A stretch of DNA of 64,000 nt, taken from Minisyncoccota bacterium (lineage in GTDB: Bacteria > Patescibacteriota > Minisyncoccia > Phycocordibacterales > UBA6065). The position numbers and the translations under genes are program-made. Positions 1 through 8,104 of this stretch are shown here, piece after piece. The stretch lies in contig DASTLR010000008.1 of NCBI GenBank assembly GCA_035714745.1, forward strand, positions 7,394 to 71,393, read 5' to 3'. Within the stretch, counting starts at the first letter, position 1. Each line of letters starts with the position of its first letter. The notes beneath the pieces are model-generated. The model ran no database searches and was not told the origin of the DNA. It worked only from the letters and a program-made list of their open reading frames with translations.

Positions 1-1
1 C

Positions 2-1099
2 TTGGCCCTCGACAGTTACACGGGAAACATCGTCGACCTCTTTGAGGGCCAGAAAGACCTGGGAAAGGGCATTATCCGCACGGTAGGCGACCCTCACGAG
101 AGGCTATCCGAGGACGCCCTGCGTATCATGCGAGCTATACGTATAGCCGCAGAATTAGGGTTTTCCATCGAAAAGAACACCCTGGAAGCCTTGAGAACGC
201 ATGCACCGCTCCTGGGCCATATCGCCAAAGAGCGCATCCGCGACGAATTCACACGGATCATCATGTCGGATACTCCAATGGATGCGTTGAAGATGGCTCG
301 AGACATTGGCATCCTACGGTTTATAGCCCCAGAATTGGAGGAGGGGGTGGGCATGAAACAGCCCCAGGCGCACGCATACGATGTCTGGGAACACCTCCTC
401 CGAACGATACAGCACGCCGCCGACAAGAAATATAGCCTGGAAATTAGGCTCGCGGCGCTCTTTCACGATATCGGCAAACCCAGGACGCGTCGGATTTCAC
501 ATGAAACAGGGCAATATACGTTCTACGGCCACGAGGTTGTCGGCGCCAATATGACGAGAAAAATCCTCAAGGACCTGCGTTTCACCAATAAGGTCATAGA
601 CGAGGTGGTGAAACTGGTCCGCTGGCACATGTTCTTCTCGGATACCGAGCAGATAACCCTGTCTGCCGTCAGGCGCATGGTCGCGAACGTGGGCAAGGAT
701 CGCATCTGGGACCTAATGAACGTGCGCATCTGCGACAGGATCGGTACCGGCCGCCCAAAGGAAAACCCATACCGCCTGCGCAAATACCGGGCGATGGTCG
801 AGGAAGCCCTGCGCGATCCGATCTCCGTCGGCATGCTCAAGATCGACGGCAAAAAGATCATGGAGACCGCCGGCCTGAAGCCTAGCGCAAAGATCGGCCT
901 GATATTGAATGCTCTGATGGAAGAAGTGCTCGAAGAGCCACGAAAGAACACGGAGGAACACTTGATACAGAGAACACGGGAACTGCAAGAACTTCCCGAA
1001 ACAGAGCTGAAAAAGCTGGCAGCCATAGGCAAGGAAAAGAAGATGAAGGCCGAGGAAGAGGAGATAGCCAGGATCAGAGGCAGGCACGGAGTAGAGTAA
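2..1099 (+). CDS. cca: CCA-adding tRNA nucleotidyltransferase, 5'-truncated at window start (polymerase head domain, HD motif FHDIGKP, Lys/Glu-rich tail)
   Basis: ORF translation reads GDPHERL...RIMRAIRIAAELGF followed by an HD domain HD..FHDIGK. The ORF is open to the window edge. Confidence 0.75.
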   Translation: MALDSYTGNIVDLFEGQKDLGKGIIRTVGDPHERLSEDALRIMRAIRIAAELGFSIEKNTLEALRTHAPLLGHIAKERIRDEFTRIIMSDTPMDALKMARDIGILRFIAPELEEGVGMKQPQAHAYDVWEHLLRTIQHAADKKYSLEIRLAALFHDIGKPRTRRISHETGQYTFYGHEVVGANMTRKILKDLRFTNKVIDEVVKLVRWHMFFSDTEQITLSAVRRMVANVGKDRIWDLMNVRICDRIGTGRPKENPYRLRKYRAMVEEALRDPISVGMLKIDGKKIMETAGLKPSAKIGLILNALMEEVLEEPRKNTEEHLIQRTRELQELPETELKKLAAIGKEKKMKAEEEEIARIRGRHGVE

Positions 1100-1548
1100 A
1101 ACGGCTCTACATAGCCGCTTTTTGCTACTTAGGCAGATACAAATAACCGCCTGCACGGAATCCGTACAAGCGGCTCCCAAAGGATCGCTTGATGAGTGTA
1201 GGGCGCTTAACCGCAAGGTTAGCGCGCATAAAATTGTATGATGTCGCCATTTGAACGGCTAACGTCACTGCACTCGTCTGAGAGATCTTTTGGATTGCTG
1301 GGGAGCGAATAAGTCGCGTCACCCGAGATAAGATCGCTGGGCTACGGGACGCCCAGCAAACTAGATTCTTTCGGAAGAATCCACTTTGCTGAGCAGCGCG
1401 CAGACCGATCGCGACCGAAACCAAAACCTTTACCGACCGAACATATTTGGAAGAGCTCGTCCTGGAGATATTCTAGCAGTCATAAAGGACATGTAAAGGA
1501 CAATAGTGTGGATAACTTGTCCCTTATAAAGGACATAAAAAGATGGCT

Positions 1549-2346
1549 CTACAGAGCGATGTCCAGCAATACCGGACAATGGTCCGAGCCCATCACTTCC
1601 GGCAAGATATCTGCCTTCGTTATTTTCTTCTCTAAAGATTTCGAGGTCAGGACGTAGTCGATCCTCCAGCCGACGTTCCTCGCCCGCGCGTTGGCGAAAT
1701 GAGACCACCAGGTGTAGAAGCCGTTGCCTGTGTGAGATATGCGGAAGGTATCGACGAAGCCGGCGTCGACGAATCTCTGGAAGCCCTCGCGCTCCTCGTC
1801 GGTAAAGCCCTTCAGCCCGACGTTCTCCTTTGGCCGGGCTAGGTCGTCCGAGGTATGCGCCACGTTCAGGTCGCCGCAAAAGATGACCGGCTTTTTCTTC
1901 TCCAATTCTTTGCAGTAGGCGAGAAAGGCCGGGTCCCAGTGCTTGTGGCGCAAGGGAATGCGGGTCAGGTCGTCCTTGGCGTTGGGGGTATAGACCGTGA
2001 CGACGTAGAAATCCTTGTATTCAGCCGCTATGACGCGGCCTTCAGTACGCGGATCCCCATATTCGTCAGCGATTAGGCCATATTTCTGGCAAATCTTGTC
2101 CGGAATGCCGTTCATGACGGCCATAGGCTTCTCTCTAGTGAATATGGCCGTGCCGGAATAGCCCTTCTTTTGGGCGGAGTTCCAGTATTCCTCGTAATCT
2201 GGCAAGTCGATCACAGCCTGGCCTTGCTCGGCCTTGGTCTCTTGGAGGCAGAGGATATCGGGACGATATTTCTCTATAAATGGCAAGAAAAGGCCCTTTT
2301 TATGGACAGCGCGGATGCCATTGACGTTCCAGGAGATGATCCTCAT
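1549..2346 (-). CDS. xth: Exodeoxyribonuclease III (ExoIII/APE1 family)
   Basis: MRIISWNVNGIRA...ILCLQETK...SDHCPV, the classic ExoIII signature. Start taken at the internal Met of the 275 aa ORF. Confidence 0.85.
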   Translation of the reverse strand: MRIISWNVNGIRAVHKKGLFLPFIEKYRPDILCLQETKAEQGQAVIDLPDYEEYWNSAQKKGYSGTAIFTREKPMAVMNGIPDKICQKYGLIADEYGDPRTEGRVIAAEYKDFYVVTVYTPNAKDDLTRIPLRHKHWDPAFLAYCKELEKKKPVIFCGDLNVAHTSDDLARPKENVGLKGFTDEEREGFQRFVDAGFVDTFRISHTGNGFYTWWSHFANARARNVGWRIDYVLTSKSLEKKITKADILPEVMGSDHCPVLLDIAL

Positions 2347-2408
2347 CCAGATAGTATAGCAAGAAAGTCCTTGCATTTCTCATTTATATGTGCTATCCTG
2401 GTCAGACC

Positions 2409-2675
2409 ATGCTTTCAACCACCAAGAAAACCAAGGTTATCAGGAGCGTCGGCGTCCACGACAAGGACACGGGCTCGCCCGAGGTACAGATCGCCCTTTT
2501 GACTTCGAAGATCGAGGAACTGGCGAAGCATCTCAAGAAGCACGACAAGGACAAGCACTCCCGCAGGGGACTCCTGGCCATGGTCGCAGACCGCCAGAAT
2601 CATATGAAGTACCTCCAGAAGAAGCACCCAAAGAGATACTCGGCGATCGCAGCAAAGCTCGAGCTCAAGAAGTAA
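2409..2675 (+). CDS. rpsO: 30S ribosomal protein S15
   Basis: MLSTTKKTKVI...HSRRGLLAMVADRQNHMKYLQKK, typical of S15. Start at the internal Met. Confidence 0.9.
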   Translation: MLSTTKKTKVIRSVGVHDKDTGSPEVQIALLTSKIEELAKHLKKHDKDKHSRRGLLAMVADRQNHMKYLQKKHPKRYSAIAAKLELKK

Positions 2676-2785
2676 CGATAACCTCCGCCTCTTGGCGGAT
2701 TGGTTATTTAGGGCTATCGTTAAGCATGGTACGTCGGTTTTTAATACAGACGGTATATCTTATATATCGATAAGCAACTATTTAT

Positions 2786-3400
2786 ATGGCGATCATCAAG
2801 CACAAAGAGCAGCGCGTAGGGGTATTCCTGGACGCGCAGAACCTCTACCACAGCGCCAAGAACCTCCACCGAGGCCGCGTCAATTTCGACAACGTCCTGA
2901 AAGACGCGGTCGGGGACAGGCAGCTCGTCCGGGCCATCGCCTATGTCATCACCACGGAATCAGGCGAAGAATCGGGATTCTTTGAGGCGCTCAACAAGAT
3001 CGGCATCGAGACCAAGACCAAGGACCTGCAGATCTTCTCGTCGGGCTCGAAAAAGGCAGACTGGGACGTCGGCCTGGCTATCGACGCTGTAAAATTAGCG
3101 TCCAAGCTGGATGTAGTGGTGCTCGCCTCGGGCGACGGCGACTTCGTGCCGCTCGTCGAATACCTCAAGATGAACGGCTGCCAGGTCGAGGTCATCACCT
3201 TTGGCAAGTCGGCCTCAGGCAAGCTCAAGGAGGTTGCTGACGACTTCGTCGACCTTGACGAGAATCCGGCCCGCTATGTCATGGGCTCGTACGGAGGCAG
3301 GGCAGACAGGGGCGAAAGGCAACAGGATCGCGCAGACCGCTCCTCGACCCGTGAAGGTCGCGTCGGCGGCATGAGAAAGGTCATCCGCAAGATCCAGTAG
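2786..3400 (+). CDS. NYN-domain (LabA/YacP-like, PIN-like) protein with an Arg-rich C-terminal tail
   Basis: VGVFLDAQNLYHS...VVLASGDGDFVPLVEYL matches the NYN/LabA motif. Confidence 0.6.
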   Translation: MAIIKHKEQRVGVFLDAQNLYHSAKNLHRGRVNFDNVLKDAVGDRQLVRAIAYVITTESGEESGFFEALNKIGIETKTKDLQIFSSGSKKADWDVGLAIDAVKLASKLDVVVLASGDGDFVPLVEYLKMNGCQVEVITFGKSASGKLKEVADDFVDLDENPARYVMGSYGGRADRGERQQDRADRSSTREGRVGGMRKVIRKIQ

Positions 3401-3411
3401 CCGCATGAAGT

Positions 3412-3442
3412 AAAAAACGGCGCGATTCATCGCGCCGTTTTG
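3412..3442 (+). terminator. Rho-independent terminator after the NYN-domain gene
   Basis: ACGGCGCGA-ttca-TCGCGCCGT-TTTT. Confidence 0.6.
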
Positions 3443-3612
3443 ATATGCGGGACAGGAATGCCTATTTTATAGTGGACATCCTGTAGATGCGCTGGCCCCG
3501 CTTGCGGATACGGACGCGCGGCGCCTTTACTCGCGAGCGGTCTGACAGGGCTTTCGCCGAGGACTTCTTTGCGGAGAGCATACGCAGCCTAGTATAGCGT
3601 ATAATACAATCT

Positions 3613-4788
3613 ATGGGACCGCAGGAACAAAACAATAGCCGTGCGCAGGGAGTGCCGAAGCCGCCCGTTACTCCTGCCGCCGCTCGACCGAACGACGACC
3701 TGAACGCCGAAGGCATAGAGCTCGTCGGATCTGCCGTATCGTTCGACAACGAATTCACTACCGGAGCCACGGACGAACGGGAGGCCGCGCCCGTCGTCAT
3801 CCAATCCGCCGACGAAGCCCCACAGGAGCCCGAGAGCCCTGCGCGCGCCGTTCCCCAGTCGCCGACGCCCCCGGTTCCTCCAGCGCCGCCGACGCCAAAA
3901 GCCTCGCAGCAGCCGCGACCAGCTCAGGACGCGCCCCGGAACGATCCGTCGATAAAACCGATCCGTACCTATAGAAGCGACGCGGAAGAGGCGGTCAGAT
4001 ACGGCGGGGCTTCCAAGGTCAGCATGGCCGTCGCGGAGCAGCAGAAGAAGGAAAGGGAAGGAATCATGGATCTATCCCCCCGCCGATCATCGCTGGCAGG
4101 AGCGCTTGCAGCGTTCGGGCTCGTGGCGATCATTGCCGCGGGCGGTGCCTACTACTGGCTTTACCTGTCGCCAGGCGTACGGCAGGACGCGCCGTCGCAG
4201 GCGGCCTCCATATCCACGATGATACCGGCAGCGAAAGCGTCGCTCGTCGTCGTCGAACCAGAGAGCAAGCCGCTCCAGACGATCGCGCGCAAGCTGCAGG
4301 GCGCCGACGCCGGGCTCGGCAACGTCTATGCCATCATCCCTGTCTCTACGGCCACCTCGACCAGCATGGCTCCGGTCTCATCGGTCTTTGCCGGCACCAG
4401 GATGCCGAACCGCCTGCTCCGCTCGCTCGGCGAGCGCTATATGGTCGGACTCTATACCTTCGAGACGCCAAGCCCCTTCATCATCCTGACCGACACCTAT
4501 TTCCAGAACGCCTTCTCGGGAATGCTCGAGTGGGAAAGAGACCTGGCCGAAGATCTCCAGGGCTTCATATCCCTAGCGCATCCGGACGCCGCCTCTGCGG
4601 CCTTGGATAAGGCGTCATTCAAAGACGAAGTGATATCTAACGTCGATACGCGCATACTCCAGGGCGAGGATGGGCAGACCCTCTTGGCCTACGCCTTTGC
4701 GGACAAGGACACGCTCGTCATAGCAACGACCGAGACATCCCTTACATACGCCCTCGAAAGGCTCCTGCAGGTACGTACTATACAGTAA
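3613..4788 (+). CDS. Hypothetical Pro-rich protein with a single TM helix
   Basis: Long ORF with a Pro/Ala-rich N-terminus and one hydrophobic segment (LAGALAAFGLVAIIAAGGAYYWLYL). No motif recognised. Confidence 0.4.
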   Translation: MGPQEQNNSRAQGVPKPPVTPAAARPNDDLNAEGIELVGSAVSFDNEFTTGATDEREAAPVVIQSADEAPQEPESPARAVPQSPTPPVPPAPPTPKASQQPRPAQDAPRNDPSIKPIRTYRSDAEEAVRYGGASKVSMAVAEQQKKEREGIMDLSPRRSSLAGALAAFGLVAIIAAGGAYYWLYLSPGVRQDAPSQAASISTMIPAAKASLVVVEPESKPLQTIARKLQGADAGLGNVYAIIPVSTATSTSMAPVSSVFAGTRMPNRLLRSLGERYMVGLYTFETPSPFIILTDTYFQNAFSGMLEWERDLAEDLQGFISLAHPDAASAALDKASFKDEVISNVDTRILQGEDGQTLLAYAFADKDTLVIATTETSLTYALERLLQVRTIQ

Positions 4789-4806
4789 GCGCGATTATAG
4801 GTATGA

Positions 4807-5193
4807 TTGGCCAATAACTACAGACACATGAATACGGAACACCACAAGAAAGCGCTGGAAAAGGAGCTCAAGACCCTCGAGGCCGAGCTGAAAAGCGTCG
4901 GGCACAAGAATCCGGCGAACCCAAAGGATTGGGAGCCTCGCGCGACCGACGTGGACATCGAATCTTCCGACGTAGCCGACACCGCTGACAATATCGAGAA
5001 CTACGAATCGAACACCGCCATCCTCAAACAGCTGGAGAAACAGTACAATGACGTAAAATCGGCCTTGGACAAGATCAAAAAGGGCACCTACGGCCTCTGC
5101 GAAGTAGACGGCAAGCCGATCGAAGAGGATCGCCTCAAGGCCAATCCGTCCGCGCGCACCTGCATGAAGCACGTCGACCAGGAGAAGCGATAG
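4807..5193 (+). CDS. DksA/TraR-family C4-type zinc-finger protein
   Basis: A coiled-coil N-terminus followed by CEVDGKPIEEDRLKANPSARTCMKH, a C4 zinc finger typical of DksA/TraR. Confidence 0.6.
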   Translation: MANNYRHMNTEHHKKALEKELKTLEAELKSVGHKNPANPKDWEPRATDVDIESSDVADTADNIENYESNTAILKQLEKQYNDVKSALDKIKKGTYGLCEVDGKPIEEDRLKANPSARTCMKHVDQEKR

Positions 5194-5274
5194 CACTCCC
5201 CCTGTACATCTCTCGCGGAAAGTTGTTAAATTTTCTTTATCGTTCCTTTATCTGCCCTTTGCTAGGGTAGAGGG

Positions 5275-6825
5275 ATGAGATTTTCAAAAATAGCCAGCGC
5301 CCAGAATTATCTTTTGCGGCCGCAGATCGTCACGGTCGAGACCGACATATCGAACGGCCTGCATAGCTTTTCGATCGTCGGCCTGCCGGACAAGGCAGTC
5401 GAGGAGGCCCGCGACCGCGTGAGCGCGGCTATCAAGAACTCTGGCTTCAAATCTCCGAAGCAGACGAACACGAAGATCACCGTCTCCCTGGCGCCCGCCG
5501 ATATGAAGAAAGAGGGGCCGCTCTTCGACCTGCCAATCGCCCTCGGCTATCTGACGGCGGCAGACCTCTTGCGCTTCGACCCCGAGGGCAGGCTCTTCGT
5601 CGGCGAGCTAGCCCTCGATGGGAGGCTCAGGCCGATTTCGGGAGCGCTCTCGTACGCGCGGCTGGCGCGAGAGCTGGGCATGCGCGAGATCTTCGTGCCT
5701 ATCGAGAACGCGGCCGAAGCGGCGCTGATCTCGGGCATCGACGTCTATGGGGCCGAGACGCTCGCCCAGGTCGTCTCGCACCTCGACGGATATTCAGGAG
5801 AAAAGCTCTGCGTCACGCCCGCCATCGACCCGCTCTCGCTCGCGCCCGATCGCGAGCCGGCTTCCGACCTCGACGATGTGGTAGGGCAGGACATCGCCAA
5901 GCGCGGCTTGGTAATCGCCGCGGCTGGACGCCACAACATCGCCCTCTTCGGCCCGCCCGGCACTGGCAAGACCATGCTGGCGAGAGCGCTCATGTCCATC
6001 ATGCCGCCCTTATCGCTCCAGGAGATGCTCGAAGTCACCGAGATCCACTCCGTAGCCGGCATATTGGACGGCGCGATCATGACGCGCCCGCCTGTCAGAT
6101 CGCCCCACCATACGTCATCGTATATCGCCATCGTCGGAGGGGGAGGAACCCTGCCAAAGCCCGGCGAGATCACCTTGGCCCACCGCGGCGTGCTCTTTAT
6201 GGACGAGTTCCCCGAGTTCGACAGCCGGGTCATCGAATCGCTGCGACAGCCGCTCGAGGACCGCACCATCTCCTTGGCCAGGGCAAAGGGCAGCGCCAAA
6301 TATCCAGCCGATTTCATCTTGATAGCGGCCCTGAATCCTTGTCCCTGCGGCAACAAGGGCATCATCGGCAAGACTTGCAAATGCACCCTGGGCGACATCA
6401 GGCGCTACGAAAGGCGCATCTCCGGACCGATCATAGACAGGATCGACATGTGGATCGAGGTATCGAAAGTCGAGCACGCCATGCTCATCAGGCACCGGCG
6501 AGGCTCGGCGGAGACCGATGCGGCGCGCCAGACCGTCCTCAGGGCGCGCGAGCTGCAGACGAAGCGGGCCCAAGAGCTCGGCTTAGAAACCGTATCGAAC
6601 TCCGCCGTGGCCGTTCGCGACCTGGCGCGCATCGCGCGGCTCTCCGCATCGGCGCGCGAGACTCTCGAGCGTGCCGCTCGCGTCTATGACCTTTCAGGCC
6701 GCGGATACCACCGCACGGTCAAATTGGCCCGCACCATCGCGGATATTAGCGGGTCCGAAACGATAGAAGCGCCCCACGTGCTGGAGGCGCTCCAATACAG
6801 ACAACGATATTTTATGGGGATTTAG
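5275..6825 (+). CDS. comM: Mg-chelatase-like AAA+ ATPase of the YifB/ComM family
   Basis: An N-terminal Lon-like domain followed by GPPGTGKTMLA, a Walker B box and the ComM C-terminus. Confidence 0.85.
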   Translation: MRFSKIASAQNYLLRPQIVTVETDISNGLHSFSIVGLPDKAVEEARDRVSAAIKNSGFKSPKQTNTKITVSLAPADMKKEGPLFDLPIALGYLTAADLLRFDPEGRLFVGELALDGRLRPISGALSYARLARELGMREIFVPIENAAEAALISGIDVYGAETLAQVVSHLDGYSGEKLCVTPAIDPLSLAPDREPASDLDDVVGQDIAKRGLVIAAAGRHNIALFGPPGTGKTMLARALMSIMPPLSLQEMLEVTEIHSVAGILDGAIMTRPPVRSPHHTSSYIAIVGGGGTLPKPGEITLAHRGVLFMDEFPEFDSRVIESLRQPLEDRTISLARAKGSAKYPADFILIAALNPCPCGNKGIIGKTCKCTLGDIRRYERRISGPIIDRIDMWIEVSKVEHAMLIRHRRGSAETDAARQTVLRARELQTKRAQELGLETVSNSAVAVRDLARIARLSASARETLERAARVYDLSGRGYHRTVKLARTIADISGSETIEAPHVLEALQYRQRYFMGI

Positions 6826-6826
6826 G

Positions 6827-7816
6827 CTAGAAAGGATTCGTCGCCCCGCGGATCTCGAAGTGGACGTGCGGACCGGTAGACTTGCCGGTCGAGCCCAAGA
6901 GGCCGATGGTATCGCCCTGGCCGACAGCCTGGCCCTGGACGACGTCGACTCTGCTCATATGGCCATAGAGAGTCTGGGTGCCGTTCGGATGGGAGATGAC
7001 GACATATGAGCCGTAGCCTCCGTTATAGCCGCCGGAACGCGCCACGATGACGATGCCGCTCGCCGAGGCATGGATGGGCGTGCCTGTAGGCGCAGCCAGG
7101 TCGACGCCGTTATAGCCGTGAAGGCCCTGAGACTTCCTACCGCCATCGATAGGACGGATATAGTAATCCTTGTATACAGGACCGCCGGCGCCGCGCAGGG
7201 CCTCGGTAGGATTGGCGGCGGCCCCAGGGATGGAGGCGGGAGCGGGAGCAAGCTGGGCCTCGCCGTCAGGCACGATGATAGTCGAACCCACGGAAAGCAT
7301 CCCGTCCGCTGGCAGATCGTTATAGGCGATTATGTCATTCATGTCGGCCTTGTATTTCGTGGCTATCGAACGAACGGTGTCGCCTTTAGCGACCTTGTGG
7401 CTGACGCCGTTGATCGGCAGGATGACCAGCTCGTCTCCTTCGCGGATAGGGCCTTTGATATTGTTAGCCCAGATGATGGTATTAGCAGAGACGCCGTACA
7501 TCTTTGCGATCTGAGAAAGGGAATCGCCCTGGCGCACGACATACAGGCTGATCTGGGTCGATCGGCCTTCTTGGATATCTGCCTGGGTGCCGCTCGCGCC
7601 GCTCTCCTGGATCAGGGCCATACCGTTCAGCATGGCGATATCGCCCCCGCCGACGCCTGCCGTAGCGCTCGGGCCGACGTTCGCCTGGAGGACGCCGAGG
7701 ACTTCGGACGAGCGGGCGGCCACCTTTGCGTCAGCTTCTTTATTGCCGATAAGGTCAGAAATAAAAGAAAATACGCCCGCATAGGACGTACATGGCGCGA
7801 ATATGGTAAAAAGCAA
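6827..7816 (-). CDS. Peptidoglycan hydrolase with two LysM domains and an M23 metallopeptidase domain
   Basis: LysM repeats (YVVRQGDSLSQIAKMYGV and HKVAKGDTVRSIATKY) and the M23 motifs HxGVDLAA...GSTGKSTGPHVHFE. Confidence 0.8.
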   Translation of the reverse strand: MLFTIFAPCTSYAGVFSFISDLIGNKEADAKVAARSSEVLGVLQANVGPSATAGVGGGDIAMLNGMALIQESGASGTQADIQEGRSTQISLYVVRQGDSLSQIAKMYGVSANTIIWANNIKGPIREGDELVILPINGVSHKVAKGDTVRSIATKYKADMNDIIAYNDLPADGMLSVGSTIIVPDGEAQLAPAPASIPGAAANPTEALRGAGGPVYKDYYIRPIDGGRKSQGLHGYNGVDLAAPTGTPIHASASGIVIVARSGGYNGGYGSYVVISHPNGTQTLYGHMSRVDVVQGQAVGQGDTIGLLGSTGKSTGPHVHFEIRGATNPF

Positions 7817-8104
7817 AGAAAGCTTTACGCCGTAAAGCCCGATATTAAGCCATATATTTGACCGACGTGGAACAGACGTAGAAATAGTGCTGAAATTATC
7901 CGGGAATCGCGGGGTTTTCTGGCGATATGGCCTTGTTGAGCCATATTTTCAGGTAATCTGAGTTCGGTGTCCCTCCACTATACCTGCCCAGAGGGATACG
8001 TCAATCACATTTGTCCACCTGCTGTCCCCAGAGATATCTACAGCGTTGTATATGGCCTAACAAAGCCATATATTGGAAAATTTAGGCTATGATATAATCG
8101 ACTT

